From: Octopus vulgaris
Taxonomy: Eukaryota
NCBI GenBank assembly: GCA_951406725.2
Contig: OX597814.1
Coordinates: 136,338,001 to 136,402,000 of the forward strand
DNA length: 64,000 nt
Reading direction: 5' to 3'
The notes below the pieces were generated by a model. It was not told the origin of the DNA. It did no database searches and worked only from the letters and a program-made list of their open reading frames with translations. The position numbers and the translations under genes are program-made. Shown here one piece after another: positions 39,154 to 53,389 of this stretch. How positions within the stretch are numbered: position 1 is the first letter of the stretch; each line of letters opens with the position of its first letter.

Positions 39154-41359
39154 CAGTGTCGTAAACCGGGGTCCATACGGTCCCTGAGGGTACATATAAG
39201 ATTTTGTGGGGTCCATGCAACAAAATAGTAAGTTAGAGATCCACAAAAAATTTGCTTTAGATGTACGTATTGGTAGGTATTGCAAGAAATAGCTAGGTTT
39301 GTTTCTCTAATATTTTACATAGTTCAATCTACACAAGTTAATGTGTGAAAAACAAAGTAGTAATTTGGAAAAAAAAGTTTCTATAAAACTAGTTTTCATA
39401 CATCGAATGGCTATAGAGGTCAATATAAGATTTTTGTGGTCCACGCAACAAAATAGAAAATTGGGAATCCACAATGATATTTTAAGGGTCCCTGAAGAAA
39501 ATTTGTTTTAGATATATGTATTTGTATGTATTGCGAGAAGCAGCCTGGTTTCTTTCTCTAACATTTTATAAAGTAGGAACTTGGGAAGAATCTTTTATAA
39601 AACTAGTTTTTAAACATCGAATGGCCTTTTTATAAAACTAGTTTTTAAACATCGAATGACCTTTTTGTAAAACTAGTTTTTAAACATCGAATGGCCTTTT
39701 TATAAATCTAGTTTTTAAACATCGAATAGCCTTTTTATAAATCTAGTTTTTAAACATCGAATGGCCTTTTTAATAAATCTAGTTTTTAAACATCGAATGG
39801 CCTTTTTATAAATCTAGTTTTAAACATCGAATGGCCTTTTTATAAATCTAGTTTTTAAACATCGAATGGCCTTTTTATAAATCTAGTTTTTAAACAGCGA
39901 ATGACCTTTTTATAAAACTAGTTTTTAAACATCGAATGGCCTCTTTATAAAACTAGTTTTTAAACATCGAATGGCCTTTTTATAAAACTAGTTTTTAAAC
40001 ATCGAATAGCCTTTTTATAAATCTAGTTTTTAAACATCGAATGGCCTTTTTATAAAACTAGTTTTTAAACATCGAATGGCCTTTTTATAAATCTAGTTTT
40101 AAACATCGAATGGCCTTTTTATAAAACTAGTTTTTAAACATCGAATGGCCTTTTTATAAAACTAGTTTTTAAACATCGAATAGCCTTTTTATAAATCTAG
40201 TTTTTAAACATCGAATGGCCTTTTTATAAAACTAGTTTTTAAACATCGAATAGCCTTTTTATAAAACTAGTTTTTAAACATCGAATAGCCTTTTTATAAA
40301 TCTAGTTTTAAACATAGAATGGCCTTTTTATAAAACTAGTTTTTAAACATCGAATGGCCTTTTTATAAAACTAGTTTTTAAACATCGAATAGCCTTTTTA
40401 TAAATCTAGTTTTTAAACATCGAATAGCCTTCTTATAAATCTAGTTTTTAAACATCGAATGACCTTTTTGTAAAACTAGTTTTTAAACATCGAATAGGCC
40501 TTTTTATAAATCTAGTTTTTAAACATCGAATAGCCTTTTTATAAATCTAGTTTTTAAACATCGAATGGCCTTTTTATAAATCTAGTTTTTAAACATCGAA
40601 TAGCCTTTTTATAAATCTAGTTTTTAAACATCGAATGGCCTTTTTATAAAACTAGTTTTTAAACATCGAATGGCCTTTTTATAAAACTAGTTTTTAAACA
40701 TCGAATAGCCTTTTTATAAATCTAGTTTTTAAACATCGAATAGCCTTTTTATAAAACTAGTTTTTAAACATCGAATAGCTTTTTTATAAATCTAGTTTTT
40801 AAACATCGAATGGCCTTTTTATAAATCTAGTTTTTAAACATCGAATGGCCTTTTTATAAAACTAGTTTTTAAACATCGAATGGCCTTTTTATAAAACTAG
40901 TTTTTAAACATCGAATGGCCTTTTTATAAAACTAGTTTTTAAACATCGAATAGCCTTTTTATAAATCTAGTTTTTAAACATCGAATGGCCTTTTTATAAA
41001 ACTAGTTTTTAAACATCGAATGGCCTTTTTATAAAACTAGTTTTTAAACATCGAATGGCCTTTTTATAAAACTAGTTTTTAAACATCGAATAGCCTTTTT
41101 ATAAATCTAGTTTTTAAACATCGAATGGCCTTTTCATAAAACTAGTTTTTAAACATCGAATGACCTTTTTATAAAACTAGTTTTTAAACATCGAATAGCC
41201 TTTTTATAAATCTAGTTTTTAAACATCGAATGGCCTTTTTATAAAACTAGTTTTTAAACATCGAATGGCCTTTTTATAAAACTAGTTTTTAAACATCGAA
41301 TGCCCTTTGATCATTAATCAAAGGGGTTTATAAATAAAAAAAATGGTTGAGAACTCCTG
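39154..41359. mobile_element. hAT (Charlie-like) MITE expanded by an internal minisatellite
   Basis: Ends cagtgtcgtaaacc / ggttgagaactcctg; 8-bp flanks atttggat / ctttagat (6 of 8 match); related to 62837-63425. Confidence 0.7.
39592..41305. repeat. 35-bp minisatellite, roughly 49 copies
   Basis: Unit tttttataaa(a/t)ctagtttttaaacatcgaat(g/a)gcc; copy number estimated as length/35. Confidence 0.95.
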
Positions 41360-41818
41360 CTTTAGATTATGGTATAAAATGTGAACTGTTTGTGTTAGAG
41401 TATAGTATCGAATTAATTTGACTAGGTACCACACAGTTTTTTTTTTTGTGTGCGGGTGCGATATAATGAAAATTGAGCATCATAATGGTAGTTTGCGTAG
41501 CCATAATTTTGGTGATTAGCCGAATTGACCTCGGAGAAGAGGAAACATGGAGGTTGTGATGTTTATGGCTTTACCATAGTCATCAGGGAGTTATTAATAA
41601 TAACAGAGTAATATCGCAAAGAAAAATAATGATAAATAATAAAAAAAAGTTCGGTCGTTGCATTCGCTTGTGGCACATTTCTGCTAATTTCTTCCAGATT
41701 TTTGCCTTGTTATATAAGTCTCTCTGTGTGTGTTTGCATGTGCGTGCATGCGTGTGCTTTCGTGAGCGAATGTCTGCGTGTATGTGTTCGTGCGCGTGCG
41801 TGTGAGTGTTCGGGTGTA

Positions 41819-41866
<48 letters not shown>

Positions 41867-41935
41867 CGTGCGTTAGCCTGTCTCAATAAAAACGGAGGAA
41901 ATAAAATATCCTTCTCTGGCCGAATATGAAGCGTT

Positions 41936-41979
<44 letters not shown>

Positions 41980-42048
41980 TATGTGTGTGTGCTTACGTAT
42001 ATTCATCTATTAATATGCACACATATATACATAAATAATATGTATATA

Positions 42049-42092
<44 letters not shown>

Positions 42093-42614
42093 CATATATT
42101 TACATATATATATATATATATGTGCATGCATATAATTACATATATATATGAGTGTATGTGTGTGTGTGTTTGTGCGTGTATGTTTGTATATTATGCATAA
42201 AGATATACAAACATATATGAAAGTATGAGTGTATGTGTATATACATACATGCATGTAGACAGGTCGGAGAGAGAGAGAGAGAGGGGGGAGAGAAAGACGA
42301 GACGAGACGACGGTTTGATGTTTGACGGAAGGGTGACAATCGTCTGGTTTGAAGAGGAATCCCGTTACTGCGAAATCTCGGCTGTGTACATTTCTTCTAA
42401 TTTCTGTTTTTTTTTTTTATTTTCTGTTCTCGCTCCAGACGTTTCTTTTCATTTACGTGAAGCTGTTTTCTACCGCTGACATGTTAACTGAGTGCTTTAG
42501 TACAAATTTACAGCTTTGTGCAAAACCGTATCTCCACTTTGCAGATAGTTTGGAAATTACATTAATTATTTCAAATAAATTCGTTTGAAATAACACCAAC
42601 TACAACCGACAGCT

Positions 42615-42657
<43 letters not shown>

Positions 42658-42666
42658 GCGATAGCG

Positions 42667-42699
<33 letters not shown>

Positions 42700-42789
42700 G
42701 CGATAACAATAATAATAATAATAATAATAATTACAACTGCAAGCGTTATTTTCATTATTTATAATATCATTGCAGTTGTAATTATTATT

Positions 42790-43229
42790 GTTATTGAGTG
42801 CTTGCCATCAAAGTGACATTAGAGTAAAATATATGAAGCCCATTATACCCATCATGACTACCCGTCTGATATGGGTACACTAGGCACTTGCATCAGAATC
42901 ATATGTGCGCGACGTGGTGATCTCATATCAAGATAAACATCGCATGACCTTGCAGGTGGGGCCCAGTTAGAATTTTCTTCTGGTCGAGTACCCATCCTGC
43001 TCAAAAGGTCCCTGAATAAGGGTTGTTTAAGGCTGTCGAACGAAACACCCATGTTTCCAAAAGGTGAATTATTCAAACCCCTAAGAATTCCTTTCAACAT
43101 ATGGCTACTCCTGCTCGTGATCAGAGATGCACATATCGTCAGCCACTAAGGGACATGCTCAACTGGTTAAGGTCAAACAACTGACAAACAGATCTGCGGT
43201 ATTGAGCAGAATATTTGCTGTAGCCCATC

Positions 43230-43231
<2 letters not shown>
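42790..43231 (-). mobile_element. Family D repeat
   Basis: Reverse complement of ~7888-8350; flanked by (TTA)n. Confidence 0.85.
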
Positions 43232-43282
<51 letters not shown>

Positions 43283-43373
43283 TTATTATTATTACTATTA
43301 TTAATATTATAATTATTATTTTCTTCTTCTTCTTCTTCTTCTTCTTCTTCTTCTTCTTCTTCTTCTTCTTCTT

Positions 43374-43445
<72 letters not shown>

Positions 43446-43989
43446 TTTAACACTATATGGTCGTACGCTTTCGTTTGATGCAATTCACTAGACATGTTAA
43501 TATTCTCGGCATGATTGCAATGCATTGAGAAAAAAAAGCAAAAACACTTTTAAAATGTCCATGTAACGGAATATAAAATCTACAATTGCCACAAACCAAA
43601 GAAACCTTTTTCTTGGAAAGAAAAAAACATAGTACTCAGGGACAAAATAGATAAATAAATAAATAAAATACAATAAAAAAAGACACGCCTTTTGACTTAA
43701 ATGCTTATTTACTTCTCATTTTGTTTGTTTATATATTATTTTATTTCAGTATTGTTTCAACAGTGAAGTAAATAATATTGCATTTCACTACAGTTATGTC
43801 TGTATAATACTCAAGGAAGAATATGGACGTTAGAATATAGAGATTCAGTTGTGAATAGTTAAAATTAGTTAAAAGCAAATCTCTGCGAGCTAGCGAGTGA
43901 GCTTTTCTCTTGGTCGCTCTCCCTGCTAGAAATAACTACTAAGTTTCTTCAAATCACAGCCCATTGCCTTAAGTAAAGAACAAGAGACA

Positions 43990-44370
43990 CATTGGACAAT
44001 GTAACCCCCGACATTTAATGTGCTTAAGGTGCTGTTGTACTCCGTCTCTGAATACAGGTGTCGATCTCTCATCAAGTGGTGAAGTAGCTCTCTTGGTGTT
44101 TCGGCTCCTTCCGATGCGACACCAGAACTGCTTGGGGGTCACCCTCCGATTCAGGCAACAAAACTCCCACACAGCAACACAAGCTTTGTGTGAGACAGAT
44201 GTTGAGACTCTGAGCCAGATGTTTCTATCATTCTCAAAGCTCGTTCATTCTGCGCCGCTTGTCCTCTCATTTGATCCAAACGTAACGGCTCGTTTTCTCA
44301 TCGGCTTCCGACGATTTTCCGGCAACATTTTTTTTTGTCCTCTTCGCAACTGGTCCAAAAAGACAGGATG
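43990..44370 (-). mobile_element. 3' end of a HERO-like RLE retrotransposon
   Basis: Minus strand KSSEADEKTSRYVWIK* resembles the C-terminus at 54220-54300 (TAAETSSSCLWLR); shares the 3' UTR motif. Confidence 0.5.
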
Positions 44371-45304
44371 ATCACGGCTGTAACGACTTTGACCTTATGC
44401 TTGCTCGATCACAACAGATCAATATGAAGAAGAACAACAGCTAAACAATAGCAACAACAGCTTTTAAACAAGGAAAGGGTGCAGTATTTAATATAGTCCC
44501 ACATATCCCTAAAACGACTGGATGGTCACGGGTAGAATGCGTTTCATCATTGTTGTGCTTGAAAAGGTTTGATATGAGACTAAACAGAACAAATACAAAG
44601 CCTTGAGTGTGCAAATAGTAAGGTCCTGACAAGATAGTCTCAAATTCAGAATGAAACCATATTATCTTCTTAATGTCTTTGGAAGAGGCATGAACTCTAA
44701 TACCTATTGCTTTATTTGTTCTAGTGTTTGAACAGCGGCCATACTGTAGCATTGCAACATTGCGCTTTGGTAGTTTATCGATCTAGTAACGGATGAAAGG
44801 GATATAACTCGAATGAGCTAAATAATGTGAGGGATTTTTTTTCTCCGACTAATTGATTCTTTTTTGTTCATCGCATGTCTAATATATTACGCCAGTACTT
44901 TGTCTGGTACTTATTTTATCGATCTTCGAGGAGGAGCACAGACAAAATTATCCGTGGTGTCCAGAGATATAAATCGGAGTGAATTAGACACTGTACAACA
45001 CATTTGTTCAATGCTCAACAGATTTTTGTTCATCGGATATCTGAATATCCAGTCAATTCCGCACAGTTCGTGGCTACCAGATTTCACTACCAAAGCTTTA
45101 GTTGATGGAGCACAGAACCACATGGTTGCAAAGCTAGCTTCCTAAGCACAGACGCCATTTGTCGAACAAGACCACAATTCTTTGGATCGAATTGCAATAA
45201 AATGTAGTGGAACAAAACCCAGAAATATATAGTTGGAAGTGAATTTCTTAACCATGCGGTAATGTCTGTGCCATATCCTGGTATAATGTAAGTAGGTATG
45301 TGAA

Positions 45305-45905
45305 GGCGCATGGCTCAGTGGTTAGAGTGTTGGGCTCGCAATTATGAGGTTGTGAGTTTGATTCCTGGACCAGGCTGTGTGTTGTGTTCTTGATCAAGAC
45401 ACTTTATTTCACATTACTTCAGTTCACTCAGCTGTAGAAATGAGTTGCGATGTCGCTAGTGCCAAGCTGTATTGGCTTTTGTCTTTCTCTTGAATAACAT
45501 CAGCGGCGTGGAGAGGGGAGGATGGTAGGCATGGGTGACTGCTGGTCTTTCATAAACAACTCTTCCCGGACTTGTGCCTTTTGGGGAATTTCTAAGTGTA
45601 ATCCCATGGTCATTCATGCCCGAACGGAGTCTTTGCCTTGTTTTTGTCTGTCTGTCTGTCTGTCTGTCTGTATGTATGTATGTATGTACGTATGCATATG
45701 TGTCTCGTCTTTGTGTTGTGTCTATTCTCCAACCACCACTTGATAAGTGGTCTTGGTTTCTTTACGTCCACGTATCTTAGTATTTCGGCAAAAGAAGCTG
45801 TTGGACTAAGTATCAGCCCTGGAGTCGATTTGTTTGACTAAAATACTTCAAGGCGGTACTCCAGCATGGTCGCAGTCCAATGACTGAAACAAAACAATAA
45901 AAGAA
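45305..45905 (+). mobile_element. SINE family C joined to a family B 3' half
   Basis: tggctcagtggttagag A-box and gagtttgattcc B-box head; family B tail from ~45700. Confidence 0.75.
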
Positions 45906-46144
45906 TACTACACCGTTGAAAGCAATTCTATATCTTAAAGGAGTCGTGGGCAAACTGCAACCAGTGGGATTTTCTGCGTTACACTACCAACCAAAAAATT
46001 ACTTTCAATCTTTTTTTAGTTAGGATAGCCCGCCCCATGATGATGATCCATATCTCAAGCGGCCCGCTTCTCGAAAAAAAAAAAACGTCAACCCAAACCA
46101 AAAAATTCAATCGCTTCACAGTATCATTTACCACAGTTCCAGCG

Positions 46145-46219
46145 CACCACCACCACCACCACCATACTACCACCACCAACGCCGCCGCCGCCGTTGCCAC
46201 CACCATCACCACCACCACT

Positions 46220-46250
<31 letters not shown>

Positions 46251-46380
46251 CTACCACCTCCACCACCACCACCACCACCACCACCACCACCACCATCACC
46301 ACCACCACCACCACCACCACCACCACCACCATACCACCACCAAAAACCACCACCAACAACAACATCACCACGGCTAACAA
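46145..46380. repeat. Imperfect (CAC)n microsatellite
   Basis: Direct reading. Confidence 0.9.
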
Positions 46381-46738
46381 CTCTATAACTGCCACCATCT
46401 CTATCACCGCATAATAAAACCACACCCTGCGATATCATTGCATACCATAACATCCTGCTATTCAATATTACCAAACACGAATGACTTACTACACGAGACC
46501 ATATTACTACTCCTTCACTTCACAGTCAAAAATATCCACCTCTCATATCCACCTCTAATATCATCCCACAATATCTTGGTATTTCTGAATAACAGTATAG
46601 TCTCTTGCTTTTGGCTCGCAGTGGTAAATGGGCTAACCGGATGCCATAAATACACATGCAATATGCATACATTCATAAATACGTAAGCGCGCGCACAGAC
46701 GCTTAGACACACGTGTGTGTATATATATATAAATACAA

Positions 46739-46822
<84 letters not shown>

Positions 46823-47312
46823 TATATATAAATGCAAATACATATATATATATATATATAAATATATATATATACATGTATATATTCACATACATATTTA
46901 TGTATGTATATATGTCTGTTCAGTAATACACACGCAGAGACACAGACACATGCGCAAATATGTAGACAACACATACACACATACCCCATATACATTCAGA
47001 AAGTTCTACTTCTTGTTTACCATTACAAACTGGCAGCTGCTGCACTGCGCAGTTTGCCAGCTAAAATGAGTTAATATGTTGAAGAATACCAGTGAAATAG
47101 TGGCCTAGGATCTTAGCAGGAATCTAGGTCTAATAACTATAGATATTCACATTCCAGGCTTATGTGCTATTTATGTTTATTCATTGCATTCACGAAACAA
47201 GACCGAATCAGATGCATGTTACAGGCCATTAACACCGAAAATCTTCCGGACCGATTTAAAATCTCTTACTCTAACAAACTTACACACAATTACATATATA
47301 ATCTTAATGAAC

Positions 47313-47359
<47 letters not shown>

Positions 47360-47399
47360 CATGCATAAACTGAGATACATATATATGTATCTCGGTCTA

Positions 47400-47453
<54 letters not shown>

Positions 47454-47472
47454 ATATATATATATGTATATA

Positions 47473-47519
<47 letters not shown>

Positions 47520-47698
47520 CCACATACATATATGTACATATACATAATTTATACATATATATGTATGTATATCCATATGTGTGTGAATATATCTTATATA
47601 TGCGTGTATATGTATGTGTATGTTTTACGTAAACAAGTCAAAACGCTTTTGACTTGAATTCCTATTCTATGAACTGCAGGCTTTATGTTTCATGTACA

Positions 47699-47787
<89 letters not shown>

Positions 47788-48038
47788 ACACACAAAGACA
47801 CACACACAGACACACACACACATACACACACACACACACACATTGTAATGCTGATACAAGTCTAAAGTTGAATTTTTCAGGTTTCTACGTGTAAAGATTT
47901 TGCGTTTGTTTTGTTAATAATTTGAATTTTTGCGAGACATTAGAAAATTTAGGCTTTATGTCGCTCTCTCTCTCCCTCTCTTCACACACACACACACACA
48001 CACACACACATAAACGTATATATGTATATATACAGACA

Positions 48039-48080
<42 letters not shown>

Positions 48081-48174
48081 AATAAATCTCTGAACGAGGT
48101 ATAGACAGTAACTGCACGACAATGTGAGGTATATTTGCCATCTCAATACGGCTAACCACTAAGGGTGGATATTA

Positions 48175-48247
<73 letters not shown>

Positions 48248-48649
48248 TGTGTTTGTATGTGTGTGTGTATATAGAGGTTTTCGACTAAGGGACGAACATA
48301 ACATAAGAAATAGAATTATACACATACAATGGACAAAGGCCTTTCGGCCATACAACAAAAGTTAATCGAAATAGAGTCTTTCGACTATCAGACACTATAG
48401 TAAGCTAACGCAAGGAAAAAAGGAAATGGAAAAAATCTTGTGGCGAGACAGAACAAAACTGATGCGACTGACCAAAAAGAACGACAATGCATAAACCGGA
48501 CAGCGATCACATGGTACAGGAGGGGAGGAGTTGAAGAAGGCAGAGGGACTAAGGAATAGGAGAGAGGGGAAAGAAATTAGAGGGATCAAATAATGAAAGG
48601 AGGGATCATATGTATACACACACACATACACACACTCAGATATATATAT

Positions 48650-49420
48650 ACACTCTCTTCCCCTCTCCTCTCTTTCTCTCACACTTACTTCCTCCCACCC
48701 ACCTCTCCTCTCTTGCTCCGACACCTGCTTCTCTTCACTCCAACCCACCTTCTCTCTTCATCGTCACCCCTCCCTCGTAATCCCACTCCTATACAATCAA
48801 ACTCCACCTTCCCTATCCATCCCATGACACCCACCCCATCCTTTACACCCACTCCCATATACCCCACCCTTGCTTTCCCCACTCTCGCCTTCCCTACACC
48901 CCAACACACCACACCACACACACCACACCACACCCCATCACACACCAGCACACCACACACCACCACACCATACACCACCATACTACACCTCACCACATCA
49001 CATCACACCACCACGCACACACAAGCACTGACCACTTCCCAGCCCCACACTATCATCCACACACCAACACATGCACACACGCGCACGCACACGTCAAGGT
49101 CACCAGCCCTCTTCCACACGCACATAATGCTCTCTTATAGACACGCACGCACACCTTCGTTTTGGGATCCACACTACTTTATTATCTCCCATTCTTCCTA
49201 GCTCTTCTGTGTGACCCTTCTGTTGGGTATTCACCATGATAGATCGCTAGCTACTACACATTCTTTATTTTCTCTCCTTGTTTCTTTCTGTGGAAGAGCA
49301 TACGTTTGAAACGTTAAAGACTTTTTCACTTCCCGAGCGTTAAGCTAATACATCTGTTTGTTGTCTACACCACCTGTCTTCGTCTTTTATTACTTTTTTT
49401 TGTGAATTCACCCTTTATAT
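48650..49420 (+). mobile_element. 3' end of a Penelope-like element related to 24211-25140
   Basis: C/T- and CA-rich tract, then a terminal segment matching 24211-24400 in reverse (cacctgtcttcgtctttt; gaaacgttaaagactt). Confidence 0.7.
49283..49320 (+). ncRNA. Minimal hammerhead variant, probably decayed
   Basis: ucuuu-CUGUGGA-a-gagc-auac-guuu-GAAAC-GUU-aaaga. Confidence 0.5.
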
Positions 49421-49629
49421 ATGCACACATATATGTATTTATATAAATGATTGTTTTTATGTTTAGTTATAATAAAAGCAATTTTACATTAATCTCAAGG
49501 GTTACTTCAGATTTTTGTAGATTACAACTGTATTATTCTTTAACAAAAAATAGTATTGAAAGTGACTTCGAAGTGTCTACAAGCTAATCCATCATCGGAC
49601 TGTGATGCATGTGATGTATGAAGTTAATC

Positions 49630-49722
<93 letters not shown>

Positions 49723-49973
49723 CCTATCCATCTACCTATCTATCTACATACGCACACACACACATAAATTAACAGAATGAGATAAAAAATCCAAGGCTGT
49801 GAGTAATTTTTAGAACGTTTATAAATATATATCTATACATATATACTACACAAACACACACACAAACACACACACACATACGCACACACACACACACACA
49901 CACACACATATTGTTTCAATTCTACATTTGTATACAATACATAAAACAGAAGCTATTCTATCATCTGTGTATT

Positions 49974-50620
49974 TTAATTAGCAATAGCTCTCATGTAGGC
50001 AATATTCTTTCCCCTATGATTAGTATTCTGAAACTGTCTGCTCGGGCCGACATTTGAGCATGGAGCATAGTACTGATCTAGTTGACACAATCGTTTCAGT
50101 ACAAATCCAACAAACATGAAGTACTGTGCCAGAGACTTGCTGTCCTTCATAGGACAACACTTTGTCCGTAGAAACTGCTGGCATTTGAACCGACATGATA
50201 TATCTAATGGCATGAGGAGAATACATGGAATGAAAACATCTTTCCATTTGCTACCAGTCATAATAGCAGCTTTGAATACGTGGAGCATAAAAGTTTCGAC
50301 AACTAGACCTGTTCTGTTACAGAGTTTTGGTGCAGCACAATGCGTGTTCCTACTCTCACTTGTCGATTGTGAGGATGGACAACAATGGACAAGAGACCTG
50401 GAAAAAATACATCAGCACCGTTAACTACAGTGTGAAGTAATTCATAACATTTTGATTGGATTGGTGCTTGTTGACCAATGAAATTGGGATGCTGAGATAT
50501 CTATATTAAATACAACACGCATATCAGTAGAAAGACGAAGTTTTTAATTTTGTCTCCAAGTATAGCATTCTTTGAGGCATTCTTTCAGTTCATCAAACTG
50601 ACTAGCATAGTGTAACTGAA
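49974..50620 (-). pseudogene. Decayed Helitron Pif1-like helicase C-terminus
   Basis: APKLCNRTGLVV, VFIPCILLMP...FKCQQF, MKDSKSLAQ, QYYAPCSNV correspond to LCNGTRL, VFIPRI.L.P, MTINKSQGQ, QLYVACSRV. Confidence 0.8.
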
Positions 50621-50768
50621 ATCACAGGAGTGCAAGATTAAGTCTCCATATATGAATTTAATATTACCCTTAAGATATTGTAAAGTATGATCAAGTGCTT
50701 CAAATGTTAATCTACAAGACATTGTGTGTTCGCCTCATTCTTTCAGTCTCGCCTGCCTTAGATACTTT

Positions 50769-50819
<51 letters not shown>

Positions 50820-50985
50820 ATGTAGGATAAAATTTTTTCGAAAAAATTTTTATCAATGGCCAGCATATTAAAAAATACCTTTAAAGGTTAAATTTATAAA
50901 CAATTTATAAATAAGGGCAAACGAAAACATTTTCTAATGCCAAATGTGCCAAAATTAGACACCTTGTCCATATTTATAAATTGTT

Positions 50986-51037
<52 letters not shown>

Positions 51038-52049
51038 GCAGTATTAATGACAAAAAGTAGTACTTATCCCCACTTAAAAGTGGATATGTTTTAGGACGTA
51101 GGAACATAGGATACAGCGATATTTATCATGAGATAACCTCCGTTATGGACTTTCCGGTGCATTTAAGCATTCGTTTACATCGATAGCAGGAGATAAATAA
51201 CCCGCCATCGTCACAGCCAAGAATACGGCCAATATCATGTGACTTCGGCCTTTCCTGGCCTTGACTGCCGGAAATAGCAAGTATTAATTTTCATTTCTAT
51301 CTAGAAATAACAAGAGAGTTAAAGCCAATCTTTGTACAAGGATAAGTTATCGTAAATTACAACAGGAAGCTTGAAAAATATACAAAAATTTCACGCGTTA
51401 CTATGTACCTATGCGATAATGATGAAATACAACCAATTCTGTACAACCAAGTCCAGTACTGGACTGGTATTTTATTTCTCGATTACCAAATGAAATAAAT
51501 AAATAAAAGCAAAGATGGTATCGCCGGAAATCGAACTCACTGGAGGGAAAAAAAAAGAGGAAAATTATTCCAGCCCATGTTGTAACGACTCTGCCAGTTC
51601 ACCTACTTTCTAATTTTACGTCAGAATCAGCAATGGCATACCATTTGAAAAATTTTCTCTTCACCTCTCTCAATTGTCTAACTGACGCTACAAATCAAAT
51701 TCTTACGGATAATATATAATTCATTGATTGCTTGCATTCAATTAGTTCATATATTTATCTTACTGAATTGCAATTTTTACTTGAATAATGCCAGGTAGAA
51801 TTAGGAAATTCTACAACCACGTACGCAGCTTATTCGGCCGCGGAAATTGCACTAATTCACCTGTTGAAATCCAGAAAAATAACCCAGCTGTAATATATGT
51901 TAACAGTAGAAATACGTTCTACCTCCCAGACAAAGATAATTTTCAATATCGTATAAAAAATATCAAAAGCGATGCTTTCGTGAAAAGTATTCGTTGGGGA
52001 AACGGGCATGAGAAAGTGGTAAGTATTTTGAGCATATGCTATTTAGACT

Positions 52050-52995
52050 AAAAAACACGAGCGCATAAAATGTGTGCAAGGTATATTGGTAATATTACGG
52101 AGAAAAATTTTAGCAATACATATAAGAATAACACAGGGTAACAAATTTTTTAATTTTATTCTTTTGTCTTTGGTCAGTAAGTGTTATTTCCTACTTGGTT
52201 TTATCAAGAAATCAAAAAGAAATGACTATTATTTTCTTCAAAGTTTGCTTTTGTGACCTGGATATCAATGTTTTGAAACTGACTTATTTTCCATTACATT
52301 TTAGACATATTCAGTGATGATATGCTGAAGCAGAAATATCGTTATAGCAAATATTCTGCTCAATACCGCAGATTTGCTTGTCAGTTGCTTGAACATAACC
52401 AATTGAGCGTGTCGCTTAGTGGCTGACAATATGTGCATCTCTGGTCATAGGCAGGAGTAGTGAGGGAGCATCATAGCCATGTATCGAGAGGGATTTTTTG
52501 GGGTTTGAATAAATATAACAAAAGCTAAGTTTGAAGGAATTATTAGCTGTTTTTCATACTCTCTAGGAGTAAGCAAATAGAAAATAACAGTTGCTAACCA
52601 AGGATAAAAATCGTGTTACACAGTGTTATAGATACAATGAAATGACAAAAGAAACAGCCATTATTATATAAACGGCTGATAGGGAGAAAACATATAGCAG
52701 CAGTAAAGAAGCATGCAAATGTGAGATGAGAGGATAAGACTGACGCATTATACGAATTTAGTGTGAACGATAAGAACATTTATAATCCGTTGATTATTTA
52801 GTTTCTTAGAACATGAGTACCAGAATTTCAATTCAAATGTAAAATGTATTTCTCGGCCAAAGAGAAAAGATATTTTCTTTTCCAGTCCTGAAATAGAGAT
52901 GGAAATCTGGAAATGATGACAGCGTGAGCAAAACTGCGAAAAATAATAAAACTGCTGCATTTCTGTCTTGAATAATGAATTAGACATGGTGGAGT
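52050..52995 (-). pseudogene. Possible decayed rhodopsin-class GPCR, copy 1
   Basis: ccaccATG at 52987; hydrophobic stretches; GCFFCHF; gagag-tatgaa (frameshifted ERY) near 52560; homologous to copy 2. Confidence 0.3.
52345..52512 (+). mobile_element. Family D fragment
   Basis: Matches ~7898-8066. Confidence 0.8.
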
Positions 52996-53076
52996 TAACG
53001 TGCAGTATTTATATTAATTACATTACAACAACCGGACACAAACAAAGACCGCATATTACAGATTCACAACACACGT

Positions 53077-53153
<77 letters not shown>

Positions 53154-53389
53154 ATAAAACAACAAGAATACCGGGCAGTATTAGACATACAATTTTCAGA
53201 TTTTCTATCGAGAAAATTAGGAGAAATAAGTAATTAACCATTGAAGAAAGATTCATTCGATCGGTACTATAAAGGATTTTCTAGTAACTGTCATCCGGAA
53301 TTTGTAAGAATATTCCGGAATGAGGTATCGCGTTTACGGTGTCTGATGACTGGCACGCCACCTCTACGCTACCGTCTTTTCGCCTATTA

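Noticed and set aside
39592-41305. CRISPR-like array of 35-bp palindromic repeats
   Set aside because: Units are directly adjacent with no unique spacers, there are no cas genes, and the context is eukaryotic.
45305-45380. tRNA gene
   Set aside because: A/B boxes are present but run into SINE body sequence shared with other copies, and I see no convincing acceptor stem.
45979-46474. Mucin-, Pro- or Gly-rich protein ORFs
   Set aside because: (CAC)n tract open in several frames on both strands; no gene context.
48593-49201. 202-aa Pro/Thr/His-rich ORF
   Set aside because: Low-complexity 3' tract of a Penelope-like element.
53343-53349. CTGATGA hammerhead core
   Set aside because: No matching GAAA strand or pairing stems nearby.
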